Shown here piece after piece: positions 29,790-47,488 of a stretch of DNA of 64,000 bases. The notes under the pieces were generated by a model. The model was not told where the DNA came from, ran no database searches, and saw nothing but the letters and a program-made list of their open reading frames with translations. Source of the stretch: Eledone cirrhosa. Its lineage: Eukaryota. Position 1 is the stretch's first letter; every line of letters starts with the position of its first letter. The stretch is taken from the NCBI GenBank assembly GCA_964016885.1, contig OZ024765.1:14570001-14634000 (forward strand), written 5' to 3'. The position numbers and the translations under genes were made by a program.

Positions 29790-30122
29790 CGATATATTAA
29801 CAAATGGAAACTATATTTATAAAACCATATTTATTTCATTATACATATTTCAAGGACACCAAGTTAAATTATGGTGCGCTTTCATCAGATAAAATATAAT
29901 ATAGATCAGTTTTATAAATAAATATTGACATACCCTTAAAGAATGCGACCATGTCGGTTGGAAGCTCCCGTGTCCTTGAAATATGTATAATGAAATAAAT
30001 ATGGTTTTATAAATATAGTTTCCATTTGTTAATATATCGTATTTTTACTCCAATACATTGTTGAGTGCTTTATATCAGTTATAAAAATATTTGCTTGTTG
30101 TATCCCAACAATTTAAATAGAA

Positions 30123-30127
<5 letters not shown>
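29790..30127. mobile_element. Family D-related fold-back
   Basis: Arms about 29790-29858 and 29971-30042. CTGATGAA on - at about 29881-29888. Tail matches 12103-12200. Confidence 0.75.
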
Positions 30128-30176
<49 letters not shown>

Positions 30177-30177
<1 letters not shown>

Positions 30178-30360
30178 GTTATTCCGGGTTGAATCGGAGG
30201 TAACCACAGTAAGTAAGGTACTCAATACATAGCAGAGTATAAAAGTTTTAATATAGATGAGATTCTACAGGACTAGAACTGTTTCATTCTTTAGATTCCT
30301 GATGATTTCTAAAGAATGAAACAGTTCTAGTCCTGTAGAATCTCATCTATATTAAAACTA
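30177..30360. mobile_element. Family C fold-back; intact HHR at 30293-30343 (+)
   Basis: AGATTC-CTGATGA-TTTCTAAAGAAT-GAAA-CAG-TTCTAGTC-CTG-TA^GAATCT. Confidence 0.85.
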
Positions 30361-30540
30361 TATATATATATAGAATGATAGATAGATAGAGATCCATCGA
30401 TCGATCGATGGAGTGATGGCAGAGATCGATTGAGGTCGATAGATAGATACAAGGATTTGAGGCAGGCGAGAAAACATCTAATAGTGACTGTTAAAATGGA
30501 AGAAGAATTCTTGAATTCCTTCAAAGAATATCTATGATTA

Positions 30541-30582
<42 letters not shown>

Positions 30583-30701
30583 GTGTGTAAATATATGTAT
30601 ATATGAGTGTGTGCATGTGTGTATGTATGGATGTATGTTTATATGGATGTATGTATGTGTGTCTATGTATGTATTTCTCTCTCACTCTTTCTCTCTCACT
30701 C

Positions 30702-30740
<39 letters not shown>

Positions 30741-30750
30741 ATATATATAT

Positions 30751-30805
<55 letters not shown>

Positions 30806-30837
30806 CAAATATATATATATATATATACACATATATA

Positions 30838-31090
30838 TCCAATAGGGATGATATGGGCCGCGATTGTCAATAGCAACGTGTACATTTAGTGTGACAGGTG
30901 AGGGTTCCAGCGGCACAGTAGTGTCACAAATGATAAATTACTGTGTATACATTGAGAATATCCCGGAAATGTATATTCACGTCATTAAGATTGTTAACTT
31001 ATCTCCCCTTGGAGTTGCTCTTCTTCGTGGTTCTCTGCTTCTATATTGAGTCACATCCATGCACACACCTATTAACCACACGTCGACATT
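30838..31090 (+). mobile_element. Family S degenerate PLE-like fragment
   Basis: GGGAT...ATCCC-G-GAAATGTATA and a downstream TCTCTGCTTCTATATTGAGTC tail motif. Confidence 0.4.
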
Positions 31091-31281
31091 ATCCATACAC
31101 AGACGCATACACATATATATATGTATACATACACACACATACACATATATATATGTATACACACACACACACACACATATATGTACACACACACACACAC
31201 ACACACACATATATGTATACACACACACACACACATATATGTATACACCCCCCCCATACACACACACACATATATATATGT

Positions 31282-31354
<73 letters not shown>

Positions 31355-31369
31355 CATATATATATATAC

Positions 31370-31418
<49 letters not shown>

Positions 31419-31483
31419 TATATATGTATATATATATATATACATATATATACACATATATATATATATACATATATATACAC

Positions 31484-31518
<35 letters not shown>

Positions 31519-31689
31519 TATATATCTATACATATATATATATACACATATATATTTATATATACACATATATATATATATATATATTAGTGAAATATAT
31601 ATATATATTTGCGAATAAGTATGTGATATATATATGTGTATATATATTTACATATACCTATAAATATACACAGACACACACATATATGG

Positions 31690-31728
<39 letters not shown>

Positions 31729-32092
31729 TTCATACACGCTCAAGGACACACACAAACACACACAAACATACACAGACACACACACACATATATATATAAC
31801 CTCACACACATTCACATACATAAGCACACACACGCATATATATATATATATATACATTCACACGCTCACGTACAAACACATACACACACATACATATATA
31901 TTTATTTGTGATGAAAATAAATAAATTGGTCGATATTCTGCGATTTTCTTCTCTTCAATTCCAATCAGAAAAGTTGGGTCGACCTGAGGTTACTTTAAAT
32001 GACAGTTGTTCCTTCAGGATGGAACACTGTGGGGCCGGAACGTGGATTAAATGTTTATGTCCATAAAGCTGATATTATCATGTTTCAGGACA

Positions 32093-33430
32093 AAGCTACT
32101 TGAATGAATCTGTAGTTCGGAGATCAGAGATCAGATATGGTTCGAATGTCTCATTAAAGAATCACGATACAGGTTTGTAGCTCGGAGTAGGAGATCAGAG
32201 AATCGATCCAGGCAGAGCCGCCACTTCTCTGAATTGAGAGATCACAGCTCCGATACTATGGACATGTGGTTAGAATGTCTCAGGAAAGAATCACTGGACA
32301 GATTTGTAGCTCAAATATCAGAGAGTCACTCCAGGTAGAGCTGCTACTTCTCCGAATTGAGAGATCACAGCTCCGATACTATGGACATGTGGTTAGAATG
32401 TCTCAGGAAAGAATCACTGGACAGATTTGTAGCTCGGAGATCAGAGAATCACTCCAGGTAGAGCTGCTACTTCTCAGAATTGAGAGATCACAGCTCTGTT
32501 ACTATTGACATGCGGTTAGAATGTCTTAGGAAAGAATCACTGGACAGATTTGTAGCTCGGAGATCAGAGAGTCATTCCAGGTAGAGCTGCTACTTCTCAG
32601 AATTGAAACATCACGGCACCGATATTACAGACATGTGGTTAGAATGTCTCAGGAAAGAATCACTGGACAGATTTGTAGCTCGGAGATCAGAGAGTCACTC
32701 CAGGTAGAGCTGCTACTTCTCAGAATTGAGAGATCACAGCTCCGATACTATGGACATGTGGTTAGAATGTCTCAGGAAAGAATCACTGGACAGATTTGTA
32801 GCTCGGAGATCAGAGAGTCATTCCAGGTAGAGCTGCTACTTCTCAGAATTGAAACATCACGGCACCGATATTACAGACATGTGGTTAGAATGTCTCAGGA
32901 AAGAATCACTGGACAGATTTGTAGCTCGGAGATCAGAGAGTCACTCCAGGTAGAGCTGCTACTTCTCAGAATTGAGAGATCACAGCTCCGATACTATGGA
33001 CATGTGGTTAGAATGTCTCAGGAAAGAATCACTGGACAGATTTGTAGCTCGGAGATCAGAGAGTCATTCCAGGTAGAGCTGCTACTTCTCAGAATTGAAA
33101 CATCACGGCACCGATATTACAGACATGTGGTTAGAATGTCTCAGGAAAGAATCACTGGACAGATTTGTAGCTCGGAGATCAGAGAGTCACTCCAGGTAGA
33201 GCTGCTACTTCTCAGAATTGAGAGATCACAGCTCCGATATTACAGACATGTGGTTAGAATGTCTCAGGAAAGAATCACTGGACAGATTTGTAGCTCGGAG
33301 ATCAGAGAGTCACTCCAGGTAGAGCTGCTACTCCTCAGAATTGAGAGATCACAGCTCCGATACTATGGACATGTGGATAGAATGTCTCATTGAAGAATTA
33401 CTGGACATATTTGTAGCTAGGAGATTAGAG
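32093..33430 (+). repeat. 123-bp tandem array (about 10 copies) derived from an RTE-clade LINE ORF C-terminus
   Basis: Unit encodes EIRESLQVELLLLRIERSQLRYYGHVVRMSQERITGQICSS, similar to the RTE LRWxGHVxRM motif; period 123. Confidence 0.85.
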
Positions 33431-33473
33431 TGTCACTCGAAATTGCCTTTGTTATCATTGTTAAACCAATATG

Positions 33474-33542
<69 letters not shown>

Positions 33543-33597
33543 AACATGTATGTATGTATTTTGCATAAACTTTAATATGTTATTTTAATAAATATAT

Positions 33598-33830
33598 ACG
33601 TATATGTATGTAAAAGGTAAACAGAAATAACAACACAGTCGGTACAGTATATGGAAGATATATATTAGGATAACGCTTGATATAGCAGGAAGTGGGTCTT
33701 AACGTTTTGGACGCTAGTCCTTCATCAGAAGAAAGAATGAGAAATAAAACAGATTAAGGGGACGGGTGGGATGGAATTGGAAAAAATGTCTTTAGATAAA
33801 AATAATAGGTCCATTCATGTTGACATCTTT
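33598..33830 (-). mobile_element. Family E copy (HHR 33697-33732, G12 mutated)
   Basis: TCTT-CTGATGAA-GGAC/GTCC-AAAACGTT-AAGA. Confidence 0.75.
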
Positions 33831-34030
33831 TAACGAAAGAAGTGTGGTAAAGTACCAGGTGGACTATAACACAGAAGAGTACTCGATATTTAGTAGAGTG
33901 GGAAATAGGAAAAGAGTCAGCATCCCCGACGGCTGAACTCTGGCCGTATCGACAAGTAGTTCTGAACTGAGTCCAGATCTAGCTGTAGAAACGGCCGGAG
34001 CTCAGCCGTCGGGGTCGTGACTCTTTTCCT
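33831..34030 (-). mobile_element. Diverged family B fold-back
   Basis: Similarity to 7929; arms about 33907-33968 and 33971-34031. Confidence 0.7.
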
Positions 34031-38090
<4,060 letters not shown>

Positions 38091-38204
38091 TGGATTCACC
38101 GAACATTTATTATACTGCTCGATGTGTTTGTAAAGAAACATCCCGTATTAAGCCGTAGTGTCTAGCAACCATCGTTGCTCGTTTTGCTCAACACTGACAA
38201 AGGA

Positions 38205-38247
38205 ACGCTGTACTAGTTTCAAGCTTGTTAGCTATCGTCAGCAACGT
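38205..38247 (-). ncRNA. Intact minimal hammerhead motif (family L)
   Basis: ACGTTG-CTGACGA-T-AGC/GCT-T-GAAA-CTAG-TA^CAGCGT. The adjacent 38290-38392 is shared with 20335-20445. Confidence 0.75.
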
Positions 38248-38390
38248 ACATATATATATGTGTGCATGTATGTATATATATATATATACTACTGTACGTC
38301 TGTATACATATATGTATGTACGTGTACATACTTATATTTAAGTAACAGCCGTACTAAGAGCAGGAAATGAAATTTCGTTTCATTTTTTCC

Positions 38391-38438
<48 letters not shown>

Positions 38439-38499
38439 CTGATCAGTTTTGGAAATTCTTCCTGTTTTATGCGAAAAATCGGTTTGGGAGGTATTAAGA

Positions 38500-38660
38500 T
38501 TTGGTTGGTTGTTGAATGTCACGTGAATAAACACTCTCAATTTCGCGCCAATTCGTGTTGCAAAAATTCTTGTATTCAAAACAATTTTGATTGGTCGATA
38601 GAAGTCACGTGAATGTTTAAATTGATTTTAGCGCGAACTGGTTTCGCGCCAAATGTAGGT
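38500..38660. promoter_or_regulatory. Probable host gene promoter (E2F, E-box, CCAAT, CHR-like)
   Basis: TTTCGCGCCAA at 38541 and 38642, TTTAGCGCGAAC at 38627, GTCACGTGA at 38518 and 38604, GATTGG at 38589, TTCAAA at 38575. Confidence 0.65.
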
Positions 38661-38701
38661 TTGTGGAAGAGTGTCCTTTTTCTCTTGAGTGAGTTGTAGT
38701 C

Positions 38702-38724
38702 ATGTTGAGAGGTCAACAGTTCAG
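38702..38724 (+). CDS. Candidate first coding exon (MLRGQQF..) of an unidentified gene
   Basis: GTCATG 50 nt after the last E2F site, followed by the donor-like CAG|GTGGGT. Confidence 0.3.
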
Positions 38725-38818
38725 GTGGGTGTGTGTAGCAAAGTGGTTCATTGTGGTGATAATGGAAATAAATCGGTCAGTAGGAAAGTGTCTGTACGTG
38801 TGTGTGTCAGTGTATGTG

Positions 38819-38864
<46 letters not shown>

Positions 38865-39039
38865 ATGTTGAAACATATTTTTCATCTCTTGACTTATACG
38901 GAGAAGTGTGTGTGTGTGTCTGTCTGTATGTTAGTGTACGCGTGTGCATGTGTGTGTGTGCGCGTGTGTGTATGGATGGACTAGTATTTTTGTGGTACGA
39001 CAAAAATACTGGTCCATCCACGGACGCCATGCTTTGCAA

Positions 39040-39182
39040 CAACGAGTTACGGCCCTTTATAGTCTGAGTTCAAATCCCGCGGTGGTTAACTTTGCCTTTC
39101 ATCCTTACGGGGTCGATAAAATAAAGTACCAGTAATGTACTGGGTTAATTGCTGGCCTTGTGCCAAAAGTAGAAACAATTAT
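39040..39182 (+). mobile_element. tRNA-derived SINE
   Basis: B box GAGTTCAAATCC followed by CTTTGCCTTTCATCCTTACGGGGTCGATAAAATAAAGTACCAGT. Confidence 0.8.
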
Positions 39183-39354
39183 AACTACCAGAACCACAAC
39201 TACCACCAACTCCGTGACAATCACCATTACAACTACTACCACTGTTACTACCATCACAACTACCATCACTATAAACACCACCAATACCACCACTACTACT
39301 ACTACTACTACCACCATCACAACTACCATCACTATAAACACCACCAATACCACC

Positions 39355-39397
<43 letters not shown>

Positions 39398-39432
39398 TCG
39401 CAACTACCATCACTATAAACACCACCAATACC

Positions 39433-39472
<40 letters not shown>

Positions 39473-39617
39473 TCAAAACTACCATCACTATAAACACCAC
39501 CAATACCACCACCACCACTACTACTACTACTACCACCATCACTATAAACACCACCAATACCACCACTACTACTACTACTACCATCACAACTACCATCACT
39601 ATAAACACCACCAATAC

Positions 39618-39649
<32 letters not shown>

Positions 39650-39794
39650 TCACAACTACCATGACTATAAACACCACCAATACCACCACCACCACTACTA
39701 CTACTACTACCACCATCACTATAAACACCACCAATACCACCACTACTACTACTACTACCATCACAACTACCATCACTATAAACACCACCAATAC

Positions 39795-39826
<32 letters not shown>

Positions 39827-39971
39827 TCACAACTACCATGACTATAAACACCACCAATACCACCACCACCACTACTACTACTACTACCACCATCACTATA
39901 AACACCACCAATACCACCACTACTACTACTACTACCATCACAACTACCATCACTATAAACACCACCAATAC

Positions 39972-40003
<32 letters not shown>

Positions 40004-40035
40004 TCACAACTACCATGACTATAAACACCACCAAT

Positions 40036-40075
<40 letters not shown>

Positions 40076-40095
40076 TCACCACCACCAACACCATT
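39183..40095. repeat. (ACT/ACC)n composite minisatellite with a 177-bp higher-order period
   Basis: ATGACT marker at 39661, 39838 and 40015. Confidence 0.85.
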
Positions 40096-40176
40096 CTACC
40101 GCAGTAAAAGTAGAATATTTCCTTTCCAGAAGATGAAAGAATTGTTTTTTTGTGATAACACCCCCCCCTATATATT

Positions 40177-40246
<70 letters not shown>

Positions 40247-40372
40247 ATGTACATATATATAAATGTATATATATATATACATACACATATATATGTACAT
40301 ATATATAAATGTATATATATATATACATACACATATATATGTACATATATATAAATGTATATTTATACATAC

Positions 40373-40417
<45 letters not shown>

Positions 40418-40746
40418 AATTTGTATGTATGTATATGTGTATATATACATATAAATATATACATATATATATATATGTTTATATATATATATACATACAT
40501 ATATATGTATATATATATACATATAAATATATATGTATATATATATATATATATACATACATATATATGTATATATATATATACATATAAATATATACAT
40601 ATATATATATGTATATATAAATACATATAAATGTATATATATACATACATATAAATGTATATATATACATACATATATATATGTATATATATATACATAT
40701 ATATGTATATATATATATATACACACACATATATATATATATATAT

Positions 40747-40860
<114 letters not shown>

Positions 40861-41149
40861 CGAAGGAGGTGTGGTAAGAAACCAGATATCTGTGTCTGTG
40901 TATGCATAGATGGTGTATACACACACATATATGTTTCTGTATATGTATACATACATATACAGAAGCGTATATATATATATATATATATACCACGGTAATA
41001 ATTACATACACATAGACACACACATATACGGACTGACAGACACACATAAACATATACGCAGGCAATTACACACACACATGCTCACACAGTCAACACCATA
41101 CACACACAGACAATACCATATACACACACAATCCCCCTCCCACACATAC

Positions 41150-41600
41150 AGACAGACACCGTACACACCACACATACACAGACAATCATTACCATACACA
41201 CTCATGCACAGGCAGACGTTACCATACACACACATACACAGACAGACGTTACCATACACACACATACACAGACAATCATTACCATACACACACATACACA
41301 GACAGACGTTACCATACACACACATACACAGGCAGACGTTACCATACACACACATACACGTGCAGACGTTACCATACACACACATACACGTGCAGACGTT
41401 ACCATACACACACATACACAGGCAGACGTTACCATACACACACATACACAGGCAGACGTTACCATACACACACATACACAGACATACGTTACCATACACA
41501 CACAGGCAGACGTTACCATACACACACATACACAGGCAGACGTTACCATACACACACATACACAGGCAGACGTTACCATACACACATACACAGGCAGACG
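41150..41600. repeat. 30-bp minisatellite
   Basis: TTACCATACACACACATACACAGGCAGACG, about 13 copies. Confidence 0.9.
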
Positions 41601-41689
41601 GACGGACGGACACCAATCACTATTATTTTATATCTCTCATTAAAAGAGTAATTAATACACCGTTTGATGATAGTAAATTACAAATATAT

Positions 41690-43050
41690 GGAGTGGTGGT
41701 TGTAGTGGTGGTACTGGTGGTGGTGTGGATGGTGGTGGTGGTTTTGATGTTGGTGGTGGTGTTGGTGGTGGTAGTACTGGTGGTGGTACTGGTGGTGGTA
41801 CTGGTGGTGGAGTTGGTGACGGTGGTGGTGGTGGTAGATGCGGTTTCGGTGTGGTGGTGGTGGTTTTGGTGTTGGTGGTGGTGTGGTGGTGTTGGTGGTT
41901 TTGATGTTGGTGGCGGTGTGGTGGTGTTGTTGTTGTTGTTGGTGGTGGTGGTAGAGGTGGTGTTGGTACTGGTGGTGGTGGTGATGGTTGTAATGGTATG
42001 TTTTGGTGGTGGTGCTGTTGTGTGGTGGTGGTTGTGTGGTGGTGTTGGTATTGGTGGCGTGGTGGTGGTGGTGGTTGTGGTAGTAGTTGTTGTTGTTGTT
42101 GGTGGTGGTGGTGGTGTGGTGGTGTTGGTATTGGTGGGGTGGTGGTGGTGGTTGTGGTAGTAGTTGTTGTTGGTGGTGGTGTTGTAATGGTGGTGGTGTT
42201 GGTAATGATAATAACTATGGTAGTGATGATGGCGGTGGTATTGCTGTTGGTACTGGTGGTGTATACATGATAGTTATATTGGTGAAGATAGAGGGGGTAA
42301 TGAAGGTGATCGTGTTAAGACGGTGTAGGCGATAGTAACGATGGTGTTGGTGATAACGAGAATCGTGCTGATGGTGGTGGTGGAATTGATGATGGTAGTG
42401 GTGATGATGACAGTGATGATGATGGCAGTGATGTTCGTGATGGTGATAGTCGCAGTGATGGTAGCGATAATGGTGTAGTTGGTGGTAGTGGTTGGTTGCT
42501 CGTGTTTTTGTTTTAATGAAGATAATAATTGTTATGGGTTGTCATGCTGGTGCTGAAGCTGGTGAAGACGATGGTCTTATTAGCATGTTATTGTTACTGT
42601 TGTTGTTTAAGTGAAGATATTAGTTTTTAGAGGTTCTGACATTGATGGTGATGGTGGTGGTGTCGTTGTTGTTGGGGCTGTTGTAGTTTCATTTGTTACT
42701 GTAATGAAATTACTATCTTTTTTATACGTAACGATGATGCTGATGATGATGATGATGTTGATGAGGATGATGGTAATGATGATGCTGATGATGATGATGA
42801 TGATGATGGTGGTGGTGATGAAGATGATGATGATGATGACAACGATGGTGATCTTGGTAATGATGACGATGGTCGTGGAGAAGATGATGACAATAAAATG
42901 GTGATGTTGGTGGTGATGGTGAAGATGATGATGATGATGATAATGATGGTAGTGAAAATAATGATGATGGTGATGTTGTTGATGTTCCCGAGGATGCTGA
43001 TGAAAAATAAAATAAGATCACAATGACGATGACGATGATGATGATGATGA
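41690..43050. repeat. (GGT)n/(GAT)n low-complexity block
   Basis: Direct reading. Confidence 0.9.
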
Positions 43051-43053
43051 GTG

Positions 43054-44022
43054 TGTTATACTTTGGGAGGGTCATGTTACCAATAAAAAGCACACGCACC
43101 TTAGCGTTTCACTTTAATTTATTATAAACTAGCAGAATGGCCCGGCGTTGCTCGGAATTCTAAACATATATTGGCATGTTTATCCCTCCTTTCTGAAACA
43201 GTACAGAGAAGTACGGAATACCTCGGCCTGGGGATGGTGTCTACATTTTGTGCTTATAAAAAGAATTCGTCGTAGATTACCAGGGGTTTAACTTAATTGG
43301 GTGCCTGCGAGTAAAATGTTCAACCCACGAAAGCCACGACGATAGGGTTAAGTAAAAAGGCATTCGACAAACGGATCATGTATTTGTTGTGCTATGGTAC
43401 AATGAAAGCAATAGTTACAGAGCAGTAAGCATGTGGGACTGTAGTGGTGGAGAGCACGAAGGAATTTAGTTGGATACTTTTAAGGTTACAGGCCCTAACG
43501 CAACCAAAATGCTAAACAAGGCGGTCGCCGGGCAAAAATTTGAAATCTTTTTCAGTCAAGAATATTTGTGAAACATAAGTAATGCATATGCAAAGTTTAA
43601 AAAAAATCGGTTAGGTACATCTCGAGATACAGGCCTTAACTCAACCAAAATGGTTTTAAAAATCGGTTTTTCGCCTAATGTATGTTCCGTTATGGCTCAA
43701 AAAAATCCTTTAAAGCCTAAAATATGCAGTTTTTCGCCTAATGAGATCCATAGGGCATTGAAAATTGGAAATATTTTATGCTGAAAACACTCACACGACC
43801 ATAAGTATTACAGGTGTAAAGTTTCAAAAAAGTCGCTTGGGTGGTTCTCGAGTTTTAGGGAAACAGACAGACATTATCTGTTTTAGATTTCCGGTTGGTA
43901 GGTTTGTTCAATAACTGGAAGGATGCTGATATATTGTCAAAGCATGACCCTCCCAAAGTATAACAATATCTGTTTCAACACACGTTTTCAGCTAAGAAAT
44001 CTTGCAAAACAAATGGAAAAAC
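43054..44022. mobile_element. Family A fold-back interrupted by a Helitron
   Basis: TGTTATACTTTGGGAGGGTCATG at 43054 and its inverse at 43943-43965. Confidence 0.75.
43129..43887 (-). mobile_element. Non-autonomous Helitron
   Basis: 5' TC, 3' CTAG with subterminal CCGAGCAACGCCGG hairpin, inserted at A|T with no TSD. Removal restores TATAAATTTCCGGTTGG as seen at about 6865. Confidence 0.85.
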
Positions 44023-44184
44023 AAAGCCTTTCCTCACTTTAAAAAATATCTTCACGCACAGGCATTACACGATAGAATTAATTAATAATTATTGATCATG
44101 GTATATCGTGCAATGGCCATACTCGATAACGAGGGCGCAACCATCATCATTATATATATAATATATATATATAAATGATGATGG

Positions 44185-44480
44185 AATCATCAGGATGATG
44201 ATTTCCTTCGAATGAAACAGTTCGAAGTCCTGTAGATGTAATTTCTATATAATATATTTATACTCTGCTATGTATTGAGTACATTACTTACTGTGGTTAC
44301 CTCCGATTGAGCCCGGACACATACACACACACATATATATATATAAATGGCTTCTACAGGACTAGAACTGTTTCATTTGGAAGAAATCATCAGGAAACCA
44401 TTTCTATATTAAACATGTATACTCTGCTACGTATTGAGTACCTTACCTTCTGTGGTTACCTCCGATTGAACCCGGGATAA
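44185..44480. mobile_element. Two rearranged family C copies
   Basis: HHR on + at about 44200-44237 (degenerate) and on - at about 44349-44398; tails at 44260-44315 and 44415-44480. Confidence 0.75.
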
Positions 44481-44484
44481 ACCT

Positions 44485-44800
44485 ATATATATATCTTCTC
44501 TCCCGTATAATTTTCACTCCCACCCTAGTACCTTCAATATGCCCAATCTCAAATCTTTTCTCCGCCAACTCCATTATACTCTCAACAACATGAATGGACC
44601 TGTTATTTTTATCTAAAGACATTTTTTCCAAATCCAACCCGCCCGTCCGCTCAATCTATCTTATTTCTCATTGTTTCTTCTGATGAAGGGCTAGCGTCGA
44701 AATGTTACGGCCTTGTTTCTGCTATATAAAGCGTTAACCTAATATATCCCTTCCTTATACTGTACCGATTGTGTTGTTATTTCTGTTTACCTTTTACATA
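44485..44800 (+). mobile_element. Family E copy (HHR 44676-44710)
   Basis: Reverse complement of 33598-33830. Confidence 0.75.
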
Positions 44801-44824
44801 CATACATACATATATATATATATA

Positions 44825-45400
44825 TACCTTTTTATCATCGTAGTGGACTATTGTATGCGCCTTGCACTGGAGAAACACCAGGACTCTGGCTTTACTGTGG
44901 TACCGGCTCAGAGCAGGAGAGTTAGGGCGAAAAAGATATCGGATGCTGAATTTGCCGACGACATAGTTTTGGTGACAAATACAGTGAAGGAGGCAGAGGA
45001 TTTGATGCGGGAGGTTGAGACTGTGACGATGAGTGTGGGGCTGAGAATGAATGAGACTAAAACAAAATATCTGGTAGAGAATGTTGAGAAGCCAGAGGGG
45101 ATCACTAATGTAGGCGGGAAGCCGCTAGAATTGGTTGAGGGCTTCCTGTATTTGGGAGCAAAGATTGGGAATACGGAAGATGATGTGGTTGAGAGGAAGA
45201 GCAAGGCCTGGACGGCGTGCCACAGCTTCAGATCGGTGTGGGAGTTCGACCTTCGTAGAGACCTGAAAATCCGCCTCTTCATTGCTGTAGTGGAGTCTGT
45301 GCTGCTGTATGGGTCTGACACTTGGACACTGACCAAGAAACTCACTCAGATGGTGGTTGGGTGCTACACAAGAATGCTGAGGATGGCTCTGAACATTAAT

Positions 45401-45403
<3 letters not shown>
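44825..45403 (+). pseudogene. Non-LTR (RTE-like) reverse transcriptase fragment
   Basis: LFIIVVD, FADD (44951-62), GLRMNETKT, FLYLG, ESVLLYGSDTWTLT. Stop-free but cut at both ends by (TA)n. Confidence 0.9.
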
Positions 45404-45435
<32 letters not shown>

Positions 45436-45438
<3 letters not shown>

Positions 45439-45625
45439 CGAAGGAAATGTGGTAAGGAACCAGGTGGACCATAACGCACCAAAGTACTCAATACTTGAGG
45501 TAGTAGAGTGGGTAATAGGAACCAGTAAGACCCCGACAGCTGAGCTCAAGCCGTTTCGACGGCTAATTCTGGACAGAATTAGCCGTCGAAACGGCTTGAG
45601 CTCAGCTGTCGGGGTCTTACTGGTT

Positions 45626-45630
<5 letters not shown>
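45436..45630 (-). mobile_element. Family B perfect fold-back
   Basis: Identical arms about 45516-45571 and 45574-45629. Confidence 0.85.
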
Positions 45631-45662
<32 letters not shown>

Positions 45663-46006
45663 ACGTTAGAAATATACTATCAACTTAACACAAAGTAGTA
45701 TGTATGCCAAGAGAAGAAGGGAACGAGGGAGGTTTCAGGTATGAGAAGGGTTAGAGGAGGGAGAGGAATTGATGGAGATTTAGTAGCTAACTTAAAGATC
45801 TCACGAGAATTAAACGAAACTCTCAGAATGTCTTCAGCGTTTCAACAGTTTTAAAGATGTCAGCGGTTTTATTGACATCTATTTGTTGGCTACATTGAAT
45901 GTGTCGTCTGGAGAATATATAGATGACTCACACACATATATATATATATATATACACATACATAGATACATACATACATACATACACAAATACATAGATA
46001 CATACA

Positions 46007-46040
<34 letters not shown>

Positions 46041-46466
46041 AATGCACATACACACATATATACATACATACGCTCATACACAGATACATACATACATACA
46101 CATCATACAGATACACACACATACAGAGATACGCATACATACACACACGCATAGATATACATAAATACGCACACACACATAGATACACACACACATACAG
46201 ATACACACAGATACTCACAAATAGATATACGCATATACGTATACACACACATACACATACACAGATATACACACATACTCACACATGCACACCCACCTCT
46301 CTCTCTGTCTATATATATATATACACACACATACATACACAGATATACACACATACACACACATGCACACCCACCTCTCTCTCTCTATATATACACACAC
46401 ATATATACAAACAAACACACACATATATATACACACACACAAATACATACATATATATATATATAT

Positions 46467-46526
<60 letters not shown>

Positions 46527-46569
46527 AGATAAGGATCTTTCTCCTTAACTATAAATGTTAAAATCTACA

Positions 46570-46649
46570 GAATGTATTGTGTGCTTTTACTTCCGATTAC
46601 ACACACAAACGCACACACATATATACTCATACGCGCACACCCACACGCA

Positions 46650-46695
<46 letters not shown>

Positions 46696-47213
46696 GAGTC
46701 AGGACCCCGACCGCTGAGCTCGGGCCTTTTCGACAGCAAGATCCGGACAGCTCTGCTATATATATATACACACAAACGCACACACACACATATATATAAT
46801 CATACGCGCACACCCACATATGTATATATATATATATATAAATATATATATAGGAAAAGAAGCAGGACCCCGACGGCTGAGTTCGGGCCTTTTCGACAGC
46901 AAGATCCGGACAGCTCTGCTATATATATATACACACACAAACGCACACACACATATATATAATCATACGCGTACACCCACATATGTATATATATATATAT
47001 ATAAATATATATATATAGGAAAAGAAGCAGGACCCCGACGGCTGAGCTCGGGCCTTTTCGACAGCAAGATCCGGACAGCTCTGCTATATATATATATATA
47101 ACAAAGAAGGTGCGGTAATAAACCAGATGGACCATGACGCACCAGAGTTCTCCATACTTAGGGTAGTAGAGTGGGTAATAGGAAAAGAATCAGGACCCCG
47201 ACAACTAGACCCG

Positions 47214-47215
<2 letters not shown>
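46570..47215 (-). mobile_element. Tandem triplication of a family B variant plus tail
   Basis: CAGGACCCCGAC.GCTGAG.TCGGGCCTTTTCGACAGCAAGATCCGGACAGC at about 46700, 46863 and 47028. Confidence 0.75.
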
Positions 47216-47257
<42 letters not shown>

Positions 47258-47259
<2 letters not shown>

Positions 47260-47442
47260 CCCTCCATCTCAACCCTACTTTGGAAAAGCAGAAGAACTGC
47301 GAAACCGGTAAAGGAAACAAATAAATATATATATATTTTTTTAAATAAGACTCGAGTCGCATTTGGGATTTCATCTTTTTTTCTTTATACTTTCACTCGT
47401 GTAGAACACCTCGGTTATTTTTCATTTTGTAAAATACCTCAC

Positions 47443-47449
<7 letters not shown>
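47258..47449 (+). mobile_element. Family F copy
   Basis: HHR at 47278-47313 (core TGGAAAA, U4 mutated). Confidence 0.75.

Positions 47450-47483
<34 letters not shown>

Positions 47484-47488
<5 letters not shown>

Noticed and set aside
39105-40136. Mucin-like Thr-rich 315-aa ORF
   Set aside because: A trinucleotide minisatellite growing from a SINE tail; open in multiple frames with no splice context.
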